DNA of 64,000 bases. Source: an uncultured bacterium. GTDB taxonomy: Bacteria; Babelota; Babeliae; Babelales; Vermiphilaceae. This document shows, piece by piece, positions 10,599 through 20,856 of this stretch (positions are counted from its first letter, which is position 1; each line of letters begins with the position of its first letter). The notes beneath the pieces were generated by a model that did not search any database, had not been told where the DNA came from, and saw nothing but the letters and a program-made list of their open reading frames with translations. The stretch covers positions 896,001 through 960,000 of the forward strand of contig OY969561.1 in the NCBI GenBank assembly GCA_963701085.1, given 5' to 3'. The position numbers and the translations under genes were made by a program.

Positions 10599-11219
10599 TT
10601 AGAATGACAAATCTTGACAATTACCCAGCATATGCTCAGCTCGCTGCAAAAACAGCTTGATACGGCGATAATCGTTGCCAATCAGCAGCGAATACGTCTG
10701 CATAAACCCATTAATCTTATCTTTAGTGAGAATTTTAAGCTCAATATGCTGCTTTAAGAGCGCAAGCATAAGCTCATCCATATTAAAGATTTGTGCTGAA
10801 TGAGTAAAAAGAAGATGCATATAGCGCGTACTTGCAAAAAAAATCTTGCTGATCTCAGCATCTGGACGGGTAATAAAGGCATGAATTTTAGGGGGTTCTG
10901 GCGCAATAAGATACGACATAGACTTCTTTTCTTGATAGCCAATTGCTATGCATGAAAACGTTGTTTTAAGAAATTCAAATATTTGTGGCTGCTCTTTAAG
11001 CAGCTCTTCTTCTGTTTTTTGATAAGGGAATGGATAACGAACAGGATCCATTGAGCCTGTCTGCACCTGATGGACAATGCCAAATACCGTGCGTTTTTTA
11101 CCTTCTATGGCTACAAATGAACCAAATTCAGGAAATGTGTCCCAGGACCAGCTTTGGGCGAGCCAACCTGTTAAAGAACTTTCAATCACTTCCGCAAAAT
11201 ATTTCTCCTTGCTCATCAC
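10599..11219 (-). CDS. HAS-barrel domain protein
   Basis: AEVIESS...PEFGSFV...QPQIFEFLKT...PPKIH resembles HAS-barrel proteins. Confidence 0.65.
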   Translation of the reverse strand: MMSKEKYFAEVIESSLTGWLAQSWSWDTFPEFGSFVAIEGKKRTVFGIVHQVQTGSMDPVRYPFPYQKTEEELLKEQPQIFEFLKTTFSCIAIGYQEKKSMSYLIAPEPPKIHAFITRPDAEISKIFFASTRYMHLLFTHSAQIFNMDELMLALLKQHIELKILTKDKINGFMQTYSLLIGNDYRRIKLFLQRAEHMLGNCQDLSF

Positions 11220-11901
11220 TACTTATCTCCAGTTGTACGCTACTTTCACTCTCATTACTCAGTAATTTTTTTAAAAAACTTGTCCGGTGAATTATTGAAC
11301 TATGATGCGTTTTCAAAGCAAGCTTATGCACCACCGTGCCATATCCTTTATTATCTGCCAATGCATAACCAGGAATAGCACAATCGTACAACTCCATCAT
11401 GGCATCTCTGGTAACTTTAGCAACAATAGATGCTGCGGCAATAGAACTTGATTTTGTTTCACCTTTTGTAAAATAATGGACGGGAATATCATTAAATTGG
11501 GTATCAGACAGATCTAATGGCATGGCATCAATAAGAATTGCTGATGGGCGCTGAACAGACATTTCAAGCGCATGCACGAGCGCCTTTTTCATGGCGATAA
11601 GCGTCGCCTGGTAAATATTATGCTTATCGATGGTACGATGATGCACAATACCAACGCCATAGCCACAATTGAGCGTAATCCAATTAAAAGCATCATTCCG
11701 CTCTTCCGGCGTCATAATTTTTGAGTCTTTAAGCATGCGATGGGCTTTATTAAGCGGCAAAATAACGGCTGCAGCAACCAATGGCCCCGCCAAACAGCCC
11801 CTACCAACCTCATCAATCCCCACCACAACCGCTTGTTGTTGCCACGCTGCGCGTTCATGGGAATTCTTCTTTAAATTGCCTGTTTGTCTGATTATGACCA
11901 T
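11182..11901 (-). CDS. rnhB: Ribonuclease HII
   Basis: GIDEVGRGCLAGP, DSK, IAAASIVAKVTRD, KGYGT. Confidence 0.96.
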   Translation of the reverse strand: MVIIRQTGNLKKNSHERAAWQQQAVVVGIDEVGRGCLAGPLVAAAVILPLNKAHRMLKDSKIMTPEERNDAFNWITLNCGYGVGIVHHRTIDKHNIYQATLIAMKKALVHALEMSVQRPSAILIDAMPLDLSDTQFNDIPVHYFTKGETKSSSIAAASIVAKVTRDAMMELYDCAIPGYALADNKGYGTVVHKLALKTHHSSIIHRTSFLKKLLSNESESSVQLEISSDEQGEIFCGSD

Positions 11902-12009
11902 AAATTTTCATTTCCATTTGACAAAGTTGTCACGATGAGTACAATTAGAAATAATACAGTAGTTTCAATAGTACTATAAGTGTAACCACTTTTTAAGGAG
12001 ATATAAAGA

Positions 12010-12687
12010 ATGATTTCAGTATCTACACAATTACGAGTAAAAGAACTTTTAAGAGAAAAAGGTTGGACAACCAAGATTTTAGCAGAAAAAACTGGTATGT
12101 CTGAAAGCTATCTAACCCATATTAAAAACGGCACACGTCGTTGGAATGAAGATTCCTTGAGAAAATTATCTCAAGCGTTTGAAATCAGCCCAATCGATCT
12201 GTTTGCTGAACACCGCCAACGCACTGATGACATTGATAAAAATGTCAGCATGCCTGAACAATCTGACCTTGAATTACAAGTTAAAGTTGTTCCTGTTGTT
12301 GGTGAAGTACCATCAAACCCATCTCCATACAATAATCAATTAATGCAAGTTACTACTGGCTATAAAGATGTCTTTGTTCCCGTATTCAACTCAGCTGACA
12401 ATGCAATGTTTGCTCTTTGTGTTGAAAACAATGGAATGGCGCCAACATTTATAAAAGGTGATTATTTAATAGTTTCTCCAGAAGTATGGACACGCTCAGG
12501 CGATATCGCTGCTGTTGAATTTGGCAACGATACTCCTATTAAAGCAGTTATGCAAGTTACCTACACTGAAGATTTTATTGTTCTTGAATCAGTCAACCAC
12601 AAACAACCTCCTATAGCATTGGTTCGCGGCAAAGATCACTTCAGAATAATTGGTCGTGTTATCCAACGCAGCCAAAAATTTGCATAA
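12010..12687 (+). CDS. XRE HTH plus S24-like domain transcriptional regulator (CI/LexA-like, apparently non-catalytic)
   Basis: N-terminal HTH; C-terminal ...MAPTFIKGDYLIV...LESVN...IIGRV. Confidence 0.85.
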   Translation: MISVSTQLRVKELLREKGWTTKILAEKTGMSESYLTHIKNGTRRWNEDSLRKLSQAFEISPIDLFAEHRQRTDDIDKNVSMPEQSDLELQVKVVPVVGEVPSNPSPYNNQLMQVTTGYKDVFVPVFNSADNAMFALCVENNGMAPTFIKGDYLIVSPEVWTRSGDIAAVEFGNDTPIKAVMQVTYTEDFIVLESVNHKQPPIALVRGKDHFRIIGRVIQRSQKFA

Positions 12688-12759
12688 TCCTTCGATACAC
12701 CCCTAACGGGGCACTTCCTACTACGCGTGAAGCTTCGTAGGATAAACAGGATGACCGGA
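12688..12759. repeat. REP-like arm (CCTTCGATACA family) with nested hairpin, at stop codon
   Basis: TAA-TCCTTCGATACACCCC...GGGGCACT[TCCTACTACGCGTGAAGCTTCGTAGGA]...CAGGATGACCGG. Confidence 0.75.
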
Positions 12760-12772
12760 AGAAATAGTTTAA

Positions 12773-12814
12773 TAAATAGCAGAAAACCTAGTATTTCTCG
12801 GGTTTTCTGCTATT
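12773..12814 (+). terminator. Intrinsic terminator-like hairpin
   Basis: AATAGCAGAAAACC...GGTTTTCTGCTATT. Confidence 0.6.
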
Positions 12815-12913
12815 CTCGTTTATGAAGGGGTTTGTAAAAAAACCTCAATGAAACAGTCAAAGGCTAGTTTCATAGTTATATAATTAACTTCCAAATCATA
12901 TAAAGGTTCATCC

Positions 12914-13351
12914 ATGGCGGTATTGCGACAATACGAGGCTTTATTGCTCACCGTTCCGGAAATCACCGGTGACGAAGTAAAACACCTTGAAACCAATCTT
13001 GATAAAGCTATCAAGACAGGCACAGGTTCTACTATCTCTTTTGAACGTTGGGGAAAATACAAATTAGCATACGACATTAACAAAAATGAGTATGGCATTT
13101 TCTTTCTCATGCGTTTTGAAGCTCCAGAAAAATCAACACTCATCAACGATATGAAAACATTACTCAAAGTAAAACTGAATAACGTTGTTATGCGTGATAT
13201 GATTTCTGTTCTTAATCCAAAACATCCGCTTACTTACCAAAGACCTCGCTCCCTTGAAGAAGCTCCAGCACGTGAAGCTGATGGTTTTGCAAGAGATAAA
13301 GCGTCTAGCTACTTCTCTGCTGATGACAGAGATGACATTGACGAAGACTAA
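12914..13351 (+). CDS. rpsF: 30S ribosomal protein S6
   Basis: [16 protein letters not shown]; upstream of rpsR. Confidence 0.93.
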   Translation: MAVLRQYEALLLTVPEITGDEVKHLETNLDKAIKTGTGSTISFERWGKYKLAYDINKNEYGIFFLMRFEAPEKSTLINDMKTLLKVKLNNVVMRDMISVLNPKHPLTYQRPRSLEEAPAREADGFARDKASSYFSADDRDDIDED

Positions 13352-13383
13352 ATCATACTAAGAAAACTTTAGGATTTAACACT

Positions 13384-13671
13384 ATGACTAAGAAAATTAA
13401 GCTAAAAATAAGCGCTCGTTTGGTTAAGAAACGCTCACGTCGTGGCAACGGTAACCGTCCAAAAATGTGTCGTTTCTGTTCTGATAAAGAGCAAGTGTAT
13501 GGTATTGACTACAAAAACTCTACATTCCTTAAGGGTTTTTTGACTGAGCGCGGGAAAATATTACCTTCGCGCATTTCAGGTGCATGCGCACGTCATCAAC
13601 GTACTATTTCTCAAGAAATTAGAAAATCCCGTGTTATGGCATTATTGCCGTACTCAGGGCCAGCGTTTTAA
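13384..13671 (+). CDS. rpsR: 30S ribosomal protein S18
   Basis: [21 protein letters not shown]. Confidence 0.97.
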   Translation: MTKKIKLKISARLVKKRSRRGNGNRPKMCRFCSDKEQVYGIDYKNSTFLKGFLTERGKILPSRISGACARHQRTISQEIRKSRVMALLPYSGPAF

Positions 13672-13779
13672 ATAAAACGCTCATTGCATCATGATATTTA
13701 AGAGTGATTCCACAAGAATCACTCTTTTTTTTGGGGTCCCCAACTTTCTAAGAACCTATCCCTAAATTAATTTTTTCCT

Positions 13780-13853
13780 GCGCTCGTCCTGAACTTGTTG
13801 AAGGATATCCTCGAGCGCTCGAAGAAATCCTTCAACAAGTTCAGGACGAGCGC
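13780..13853. repeat. Palindromic element with 26-bp inverted arms
   Basis: GCGCTCGTCCTGAACTTGTTGAAGGA / TCCTTCAACAAGTTCAGGACGAGCGC with central TCGAGCGCTCGA. Confidence 0.9.
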
Positions 13854-14067
13854 GAGTAAAACAGGAAAAATGTATTAATAGTATTCTGGATACCCTTATG
13901 AATCTAGGGTTTTAAATTCGATCGCCCTGTATATTGTTACAAAATTATTGCAATCTGAATAAATTATTTGCTATTTTTAAGATACCTAGAGACCTCTATG
14001 GTAAAAATAAGAGACATAGTGCATAGTGCAATATGCTCAACAATGTTCATGAAAAAGGAGAGTGATT

Positions 14068-14529
14068 ATGAAAAAGTACAATGTAAGTTTAGCGAGTTTA
14101 CTGTTGTTTTTTGCAACTGGTGCAGCAATTGCTATGCAAGGAAAAAGCCTTCAAGTGATGTTAGAAAATAGATCCACGCTTCCAATAAATGTGCTCATCA
14201 CCTATGATAGTGGTAAAGGTAAAGACATAATGTTTAAGCTCAAAGGCGGGGCATTAACTCCCATCAAGCAGGCGAACGACATTAAAAATATACAGGTAGA
14301 AGATTTTATGAGTGCCCTCAGTGGAGGACTTTCTAAATTTTCTAAGTATTCTGGTGAGCTATTTAAAATTATGGTTGGTTTTTATAGGAACAACTATTAT
14401 AAAATGAACGTACAAGCCACTGTAGTTGTTCAAGATGATTTAAGCATTAATATTGAGTGGGCTGATATGGACAATAATGGTGCACCAATGGCCAATGTTC
14501 TTACCGCCACCACTTTTAGAGAGCAATAA
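14068..14529 (+). CDS. Secreted hypothetical protein (leader shared with next gene)
   Basis: AAGGAG RBS; signal MKKYNVSLASLLLFFATGAAIA-M. Confidence 0.75.
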   Translation: MKKYNVSLASLLLFFATGAAIAMQGKSLQVMLENRSTLPINVLITYDSGKGKDIMFKLKGGALTPIKQANDIKNIQVEDFMSALSGGLSKFSKYSGELFKIMVGFYRNNYYKMNVQATVVVQDDLSINIEWADMDNNGAPMANVLTATTFREQ

Positions 14530-14747
14530 TCCTACATCAGATCTTTCCATGCCCCTTGAGGACTAGGCACGTTCAGCAAAGCATTTCCCGCCTATCCCCT
14601 ATATTTTATAAAATTATTGCAAAATTATTGCAATCTGAATAAATTACTTGCTAGTCTTAACATACCTAGAGGCCTCTATGGTAAAAATAAGAGACATAGT
14701 GCATGGTGCGCTACGCTCAACAATGTTCATGAAAAAGGAGAATGATT

Positions 14748-15221
14748 ATGAAAAAGTACAATGTAAGTTTAGCGGGTTTATTGTTGTTTTTTGCAACTGG
14801 TGCAGCTATCGGTATGGGAAACCAAAATCTTGAAGTTATTTTAAAGAATGATACCCAGCGTGATATAAAAGTAACTGTTGAGTATATAAATGAGGAAAAG
14901 GGATCATTTATACTGCAAGCAAATAAGCAGCAAACGATAGGTGCACAGGGGATGAAGGTTATGAGTATTATAGCTGAAGGTTCGGTGTCCCCTTATCCGA
15001 GTTCGCTATTTGATGCGATTAATACCTATTATAAAGCGAACTGCGCAAAACAACCTGTGAAAGCCATAATGAAAGTTATGGCAAAAAAAGAGGCTAATAA
15101 CGAGCTTGCTTTTATTGTTCACGAAATTGATTGGGTTGATCTAAATACGAAGAAAACAGTAATAACTTCTGTTACGCCTAAATTGGTACAGACTAAAATT
15201 TTTTCTATAACAAAAAAGTAA
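14748..15221 (+). CDS. Secreted hypothetical protein, divergent paralogue of 14068
   Basis: Near-identical upstream region and signal peptide. Confidence 0.75.
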   Translation: MKKYNVSLAGLLLFFATGAAIGMGNQNLEVILKNDTQRDIKVTVEYINEEKGSFILQANKQQTIGAQGMKVMSIIAEGSVSPYPSSLFDAINTYYKANCAKQPVKAIMKVMAKKEANNELAFIVHEIDWVDLNTKKTVITSVTPKLVQTKIFSITKK

Positions 15222-15457
15222 ATTAGCCATACATTTAAAGATTATGGGCATGGAGCTTGATGTTTCAAGTGAAATGCCCACAATCTTTATTTTTTTTTAG
15301 TTACTATCCCACCTTGAGGTTAAGCACGATCAGCAAGCTCTTTTCCTGCGTAAGCCCCTGCATAAATATAGACATTATTGACATATTGAAAATAATTTGA
15401 TAGACTTATAGATGAAGTAGATAAAACTCTATCCTCATTACATGAGAGGTTTTTATT

Positions 15458-15853
15458 ATGAATATTTCAAAAAAACTGTTTTTAATAGCTACATTTGGAC
15501 TTGGATTAGGCTTGCAAATCAGTGCATCTGAACCAGCAAGTACCTTAGACTTTGCAGATAAATTGGACAGAGTATCAAACACTGAACCCAAAAATATTGC
15601 CCGTTGGATCCGAGAAACCTATAACCGTGTTGATACTCGCGGCAAAGAAATAAATGAGAAACTAGAAGGTATAGTTAGTTCTAATAACTCTGATACAAAC
15701 AAAACAAAGGCTATCAAAACAATATGGGAACAAGAAACTACCCCAAAAAGCAATGAAGGTTACTTCTCTAACATAAGCACTTTCGCCAAGGTTGCGGCAG
15801 CGTTTATAGTAACTGCAAGCATTGCATCCTATTTCTATTTTACACGCCGATAG
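15458..15853 (+). CDS. Hypothetical protein with signal peptide and C-terminal TM helix
   Basis: GAGG RBS, hydrophobic N- and C-termini, downstream hairpin 15901-15933. Confidence 0.65.
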   Translation: MNISKKLFLIATFGLGLGLQISASEPASTLDFADKLDRVSNTEPKNIARWIRETYNRVDTRGKEINEKLEGIVSSNNSDTNKTKAIKTIWEQETTPKSNEGYFSNISTFAKVAAAFIVTASIASYFYFTRR

Positions 15854-15970
15854 ACACGACCAACTAATGACTAAAATCTACTTTTCTTAAATAATTATAA
15901 AAAAGCCCTGGCTAACTATGCCGGGGCTTTTTTGCGAGCATAATAACCTTTTTTATGCTATTCTAAAAGC

Positions 15971-16726
15971 ATGAAAGTATATAAATTAATCATAGCATAC
16001 GACGGTTCCGATTATTTTGGTTGGCAAGATCAACCAGAAAAGCCATCCGTTGCAGCAGCATTAAATCGTGCATTTACAACCGTATTTAAAATAGAAATGA
16101 AGGTGCTTGGCGCATCGCGCACTGATGCCGGTGTACATGCCCTGGGTCAAGTTGCACGCATAAAAACGGATCTTGCCATTACACCAGATCGCCTTAAATG
16201 GGCATGGAACAACGCGTTACCAGCAGACATAACTATTCGATCACTTGAAGAGATCGATAATTCTTTCAATCCATTTTGCAATGTTGCACAAAAAATTTAT
16301 CATTACCATTTTTTTACCGAGCGCCCTCTCCCATTTATCCAACGCTACGGTTCTTTTTACCCCTATAAAATAGATTTTGATTTACTCAGACAAGCTTTAC
16401 AATTTTTTGTCGGCACCCATGATTTTTGTGCTTTCAAAAGTAGTGAAGACACGCGCACAAACACTGTTCGAACCATTGATGCAATTTCACTTGAATACGT
16501 ACCGCGATATAAAGCGTATCGCATCACGGTTACAGGACAAAAATTTTTACGTCACATGATTCGGCGTATTGTTGGTGCAAGTCTAGCGGTTGCATCAAAA
16601 AACGGGCATACTTTAGAATCATTACAAAAAATAATGGATGCTTGTGATCCAAGACATACTTTACCTAATGCACCGGCACAAGGATTAATGTTATATAAAA
16701 TTATATATGATCAATGTAAGGATTAG
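15971..16726 (+). CDS. truA: tRNA pseudouridine(38-40) synthase
   Basis: AYDGSDYFGWQ, SRTDAGVHALGQV, FLRHMIRRIVG. Confidence 0.96.
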   Translation: MKVYKLIIAYDGSDYFGWQDQPEKPSVAAALNRAFTTVFKIEMKVLGASRTDAGVHALGQVARIKTDLAITPDRLKWAWNNALPADITIRSLEEIDNSFNPFCNVAQKIYHYHFFTERPLPFIQRYGSFYPYKIDFDLLRQALQFFVGTHDFCAFKSSEDTRTNTVRTIDAISLEYVPRYKAYRITVTGQKFLRHMIRRIVGASLAVASKNGHTLESLQKIMDACDPRHTLPNAPAQGLMLYKIIYDQCKD

Positions 16727-16728
16727 AT

Positions 16729-17289
16729 ATGTTCAATCATCGCATAAAAAAAATAGTTTTATTGATAAGCATCACTCTTGCTGCTTGCGGCGGCATTGGT
16801 ACATATATTTATTATGCAAATACACAACAAGAACAGATATCTGATTTTAATCCCGCGCGTGATACGCAAGCAATCATGGATATATTTAATCAAAATTGGT
16901 ACTGGCTTTTGGCCAGTGAAGAGTCTTCGCCGGCTTTTATGATTAAACACCGTACCCATGATACCAATCCTTTGCATTTTGGATCATTACATATTAAAGT
17001 ACTACGTAAAAACAACAAATTAGCTGGTTTTGCGGCATATTTTATGGAAAATCCACAAGAGGGCCGCATTCTCTTTTTAGCCGTTGGACATGATTTCAGG
17101 GGCAAGGGATATGGCAAAATATTAGCGCAACATGCGATGAAGGAGATGTTTGCAATGGGTGCCACCCATATTGCACTGTGGACACGCGTGAGCAACCTTC
17201 CTGCACAACGCATTTATAAAGAACTTGGATTTAAAGAAATGTTTGATGACAATGGCTATGTTTTCTTTGAATACTGGCCAAATAAATAA
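16729..17289 (+). CDS. GNAT acetyltransferase with N-terminal membrane anchor
   Basis: AVGHDFRGKGYG, NLPAQRIYKELGF. Confidence 0.88.
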   Translation: MFNHRIKKIVLLISITLAACGGIGTYIYYANTQQEQISDFNPARDTQAIMDIFNQNWYWLLASEESSPAFMIKHRTHDTNPLHFGSLHIKVLRKNNKLAGFAAYFMENPQEGRILFLAVGHDFRGKGYGKILAQHAMKEMFAMGATHIALWTRVSNLPAQRIYKELGFKEMFDDNGYVFFEYWPNK

Positions 17290-17298
17290 AAAATAATT

Positions 17299-18267
17299 AT
17301 GAACAACAAAATAATCATCACCATTACGACTGTATCATTATACGTTTCATCACACACCATCTGCATGGAGCAAGAGTTAGAACAATATTTGAATGGATGC
17401 AAAATAATACGTACATATAATGAAAAAAAACTTCAACGGTACAAAAATGAGCTGATTGCCAAAGACACTGAAGCCCTTGAACAAGAAAAAATTATTATAA
17501 AAAACAAATTTGCACGCTATAAAACCAATTTATTACAACAAAAACAAACACTCCTTAATAAAATCAAAAAGCACCATACTATAGATAAACATCTTTGGCG
17601 AATGTGCATAAGTACCATCAAAAAAATAGATTGCTATAATAAGCAACTTCAACATACTCCTTTAGATCATGCGTATCATGGTAACGCAATTGATAAACAT
17701 ATACTCCAATTTATGACAGAAAGATTAAAAAATAACGGTATTAACCCACTCAGAGTCACCATACGGAATGAACACAACCATCTTGGACATGTATATCGTT
17801 CAAACATACAGATTCCTCATATCTACAAATCACCACGTTCGTCAGAAAACAGCGCTCCTATTGAACTTATCTTTAACTGGAATATTTTCTCACAACTTTC
17901 TGCATCTCATCAGATAGCAGTAACTGCCCGCTTGGTTGAAGATGCAGTGCAAAACTCTTCAATAATAACACCTGGTCTTATTGCAGAAATTGAACCATTA
18001 GCAACTAATGAAGAAAACTCTATTATAGATAGTCCAGAGTTTATTGCATTACAAAAAATATGCTCAGAAACATTACCAACTTTTTTACCATGTCTGATCA
18101 ATCCTATTATTGCATCATGCATGCTCGATCTTTTGTCTGAAAATTATCGTCAGGATTTTAGCCTGAAAGATTACAAACTTTTGAGCAAAATCAACAGACA
18201 TTGGAACATCCTGAGATGGATTGAACAACTTGAAAAAATTCCGTATACACTGCGCGCAATACTATAA
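17299..18267 (+). CDS. Secreted hypothetical protein
   Basis: 322-aa ORF, signal-like N-terminus ending TIC-ME. Confidence 0.65.
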   Translation: MNNKIIITITTVSLYVSSHTICMEQELEQYLNGCKIIRTYNEKKLQRYKNELIAKDTEALEQEKIIIKNKFARYKTNLLQQKQTLLNKIKKHHTIDKHLWRMCISTIKKIDCYNKQLQHTPLDHAYHGNAIDKHILQFMTERLKNNGINPLRVTIRNEHNHLGHVYRSNIQIPHIYKSPRSSENSAPIELIFNWNIFSQLSASHQIAVTARLVEDAVQNSSIITPGLIAEIEPLATNEENSIIDSPEFIALQKICSETLPTFLPCLINPIIASCMLDLLSENYRQDFSLKDYKLLSKINRHWNILRWIEQLEKIPYTLRAIL

Positions 18268-19995
18268 TAACTTTATCATCTCACGAGGAACATCAAGCCC
18301 CATATTTTTTAAAATAAATGGAGCAACCTGAGATAACTCTGCAACTGGCAAGGTACTATCAGAATCTTTGAGCCTGCCCTTCGAAGCCTCGGCGAAGTAG
18401 GGCCTGTTATTAATCATCATAAATGGCACTGGATTATTTGTATGCGCCGTTCGTGGTTGCCCCGTTACTTCATCGTACATTTCTTCCGCTTTTCCATGGT
18501 CAGCAGTTATATACAACGTACCGTCCATCTGCTGCACAATAACATCGTACAAATTTTTTAATTGCTCATCCAAACATTCCACCGCTTTTACCGTTGCATC
18601 AAAATCACCTGAATGTCCAACCATATCCGCATTGGCATAATTGATCAAATAAAAATCAGCTGCATCTTTTTTTAGGGAATTAATTACTGCCTCAGTAATT
18701 AATTCCGCAGACATTGCAGGATTATTGATATAATTTTGTGCTACAATTGAGGGGATCATGACGCGTGTTTCTGCCTTCACCGGCAATTCATTCTCTCCTC
18801 TAAAAAAATATGTCACATGCGCATATTTTTCTGTTTCGGCAATAGTGAAAAGAGTTTTTCCATGATGTGCTAAAACATCTTTCAATGTGTTATGCACAGG
18901 GTCTCTTGGAAATAACGCTGTTGTAGGAAGATGGACATCATACACAACCGGCGTCATAAAAAAGGTAAGATTGAGAGGTTTAACAATAAATCATTCGATA
19001 CATTTTTGAGGACAAAAACACTCAGGACGAGCGGAGGAAGAGGAATTATCTTTTCCGCTCGCCCTGAGTGCCACGCAGTGGTGTATCGAAGGGTCAAGAT
19101 GAGCGGAAGAATCTAAAAATGCTGCTGTCAATTCACGCGCGCGATCAGGACGTACATTACAAAAAAATATACCATCACCATTGTGAATAACACCATCAGG
19201 ATCTAATTGTGTTGGGGGAATAAATTCATCAGTAATATTGTGCGCGTAATTACGCTCAAGAACTTTTTCCCATATTTCATATGATTGCCTGTCCTCCGAC
19301 GTGTCCTCCGTAGCTTTAGCGTAGGAGGAAGCCTTGGCGAAGGAGGATTTTTCAGTTAGCACACGATAACTTTTTTCTATACGATCCCAATTATGATCAC
19401 GATCCATCGCATAAAAACGTCCGTGTATTGAGCCAATAAAAACATGGCATTTATTATTGTTTCCTTCATTATATGGCTTTATAAAATCCGCCAACCGCTT
19501 TAAATAATCATATGCTGATTGCGCCCCAACATCACGCCCATCTAAAAAGGGATGAATAACAATTTTTTTTATTCCCGCATCAACTGCCACTGCAATAGAA
19601 ACATGTATCGCTTTTTCATGCGCATGCACACCAGCATCAGAGAGCAACCCCATAATATGCAATGCACCACCAACTTCTTGCAGTTGCTTAAATTTTTCAA
19701 GCAACACGCGATTACAAGAAAAAGAATTATTCTTAATACTTTCCAACCATACCGTCATGGGCTGTTTAATAATACGTCCAGCACCAATAGTCAAATGACC
19801 TACTTCCGAATTACCAATCCAACCATCAGGCAATCCAACGGCTTTGCCGGCAGCTTGTATAACAGCATGTGGATAGTGCTGCCACCATTGATTAAAATGT
19901 GGCATACGTGCACATGCAATGGCATTATGTTTTTTAACTACTGAATAACCAAAACCATCAAGAATGACAAGTGCAACAGGATGAGTGCTTTTCAT
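18262..19995 (-). CDS. gpmI: 2,3-BPG-independent phosphoglycerate mutase with three palindrome insertions and one in-frame TGA (18991-18993)
   Basis: LVILDGFG, GNSEVGH, DGRD, AETEKYAHVT, ADMVGH, TADHG; both ORF halves are in the same frame. Confidence 0.92.
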
Positions 19996-20002
19996 ACCTA
20001 CT

Positions 20003-20695
20003 CTATTTCTTATCTTTTTTTTGACCCGTATCTTTTTTTGATTCTATCTCTTTGCTTAATTCTATCTCTTTCCCTGAAATACTTTGTTTAACAAAAAGAT
20101 TTAATAATTCATTATCATTCGGCAAAACCATCACCTTACTTAATTCTTGATAAACATCTTGTGCACCTTTGTTAGATTTTTCCTGCTCCTTAGTCACAAA
20201 AGCCAAAAATCTACTTAAATCAAATTCATTCAAAATCCGCCGATGATGTTGTATACAAAAGAGAGCCAAATTAAGAGCATCAGGATAATTATCAAGCGCA
20301 ACTAACACTCGCTGACAAATCGCATTCCTGCGAGTAATAGCATTACAATCTTCTAAAAATGTTGGGTATGAAACCTGTGTGCGTATAGATTTATTAACTC
20401 TTTCATACATTGCCTTACTTTTCTCTAACTCTTGCTGAGCTATTAGATCTAAAGGTGGCCAACCCAATATTCTAAAAGCTGCATAATCAGAACAGGTATT
20501 AATGACAGTGCTGCTTAATGAATCAAAACTATTTGATACACAACCATATAAATATGAAGAAAGCCCATTTTGTTCTGGTGAAGACTTACTAGGAATCGCT
20601 CTAGCAATCGCTACTTGCTGCTGCTCCATAGCTAATGCAGCAGTCGTAATTATTACCAACAACCCACTCAAATTTATTTTATTCCCGATGCTCAT
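20003..20695 (-). CDS. Secreted hypothetical protein
   Basis: Signal-like N-terminus ending ALA-ME; start placed at ATG 20695. Confidence 0.6.
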   Translation of the reverse strand: MSIGNKINLSGLLVIITTAALAMEQQQVAIARAIPSKSSPEQNGLSSYLYGCVSNSFDSLSSTVINTCSDYAAFRILGWPPLDLIAQQELEKSKAMYERVNKSIRTQVSYPTFLEDCNAITRRNAICQRVLVALDNYPDALNLALFCIQHHRRILNEFDLSRFLAFVTKEQEKSNKGAQDVYQELSKVMVLPNDNELLNLFVKQSISGKEIELSKEIESKKDTGQKKDKK

Positions 20696-20856
20696 ACGTT
20701 TCTCCAAAATTGTTATGTCGATGAAATTAATGTTGCACATAAATTAACAGAGAAGTGCAGCATTATTGAAAAAAAAGAGCAGAAAATACACAGCCCTTTT
20801 TTTAAAAAAAATAATAAACTATTTTTTAAATAATAACTTCTACTTTAAAGTTAACA

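Noticed and set aside
12010-12687. Prophage repressor marking a prophage
   Set aside because: No phage genes nearby; flanked by rnhB and rpsF
13968-14833. Alternative-frame ORFs 13968-14171 and 14648-14833
   Set aside because: By-products of the duplicated promoter/leader block overlapping the real genes
18991-18993. Genome-wide TGA recoding or selenocysteine
   Set aside because: TGA terminates other genes normally (e.g. ftsY, prmC) and this codon is explained by a single change from the repeat consensus GGA
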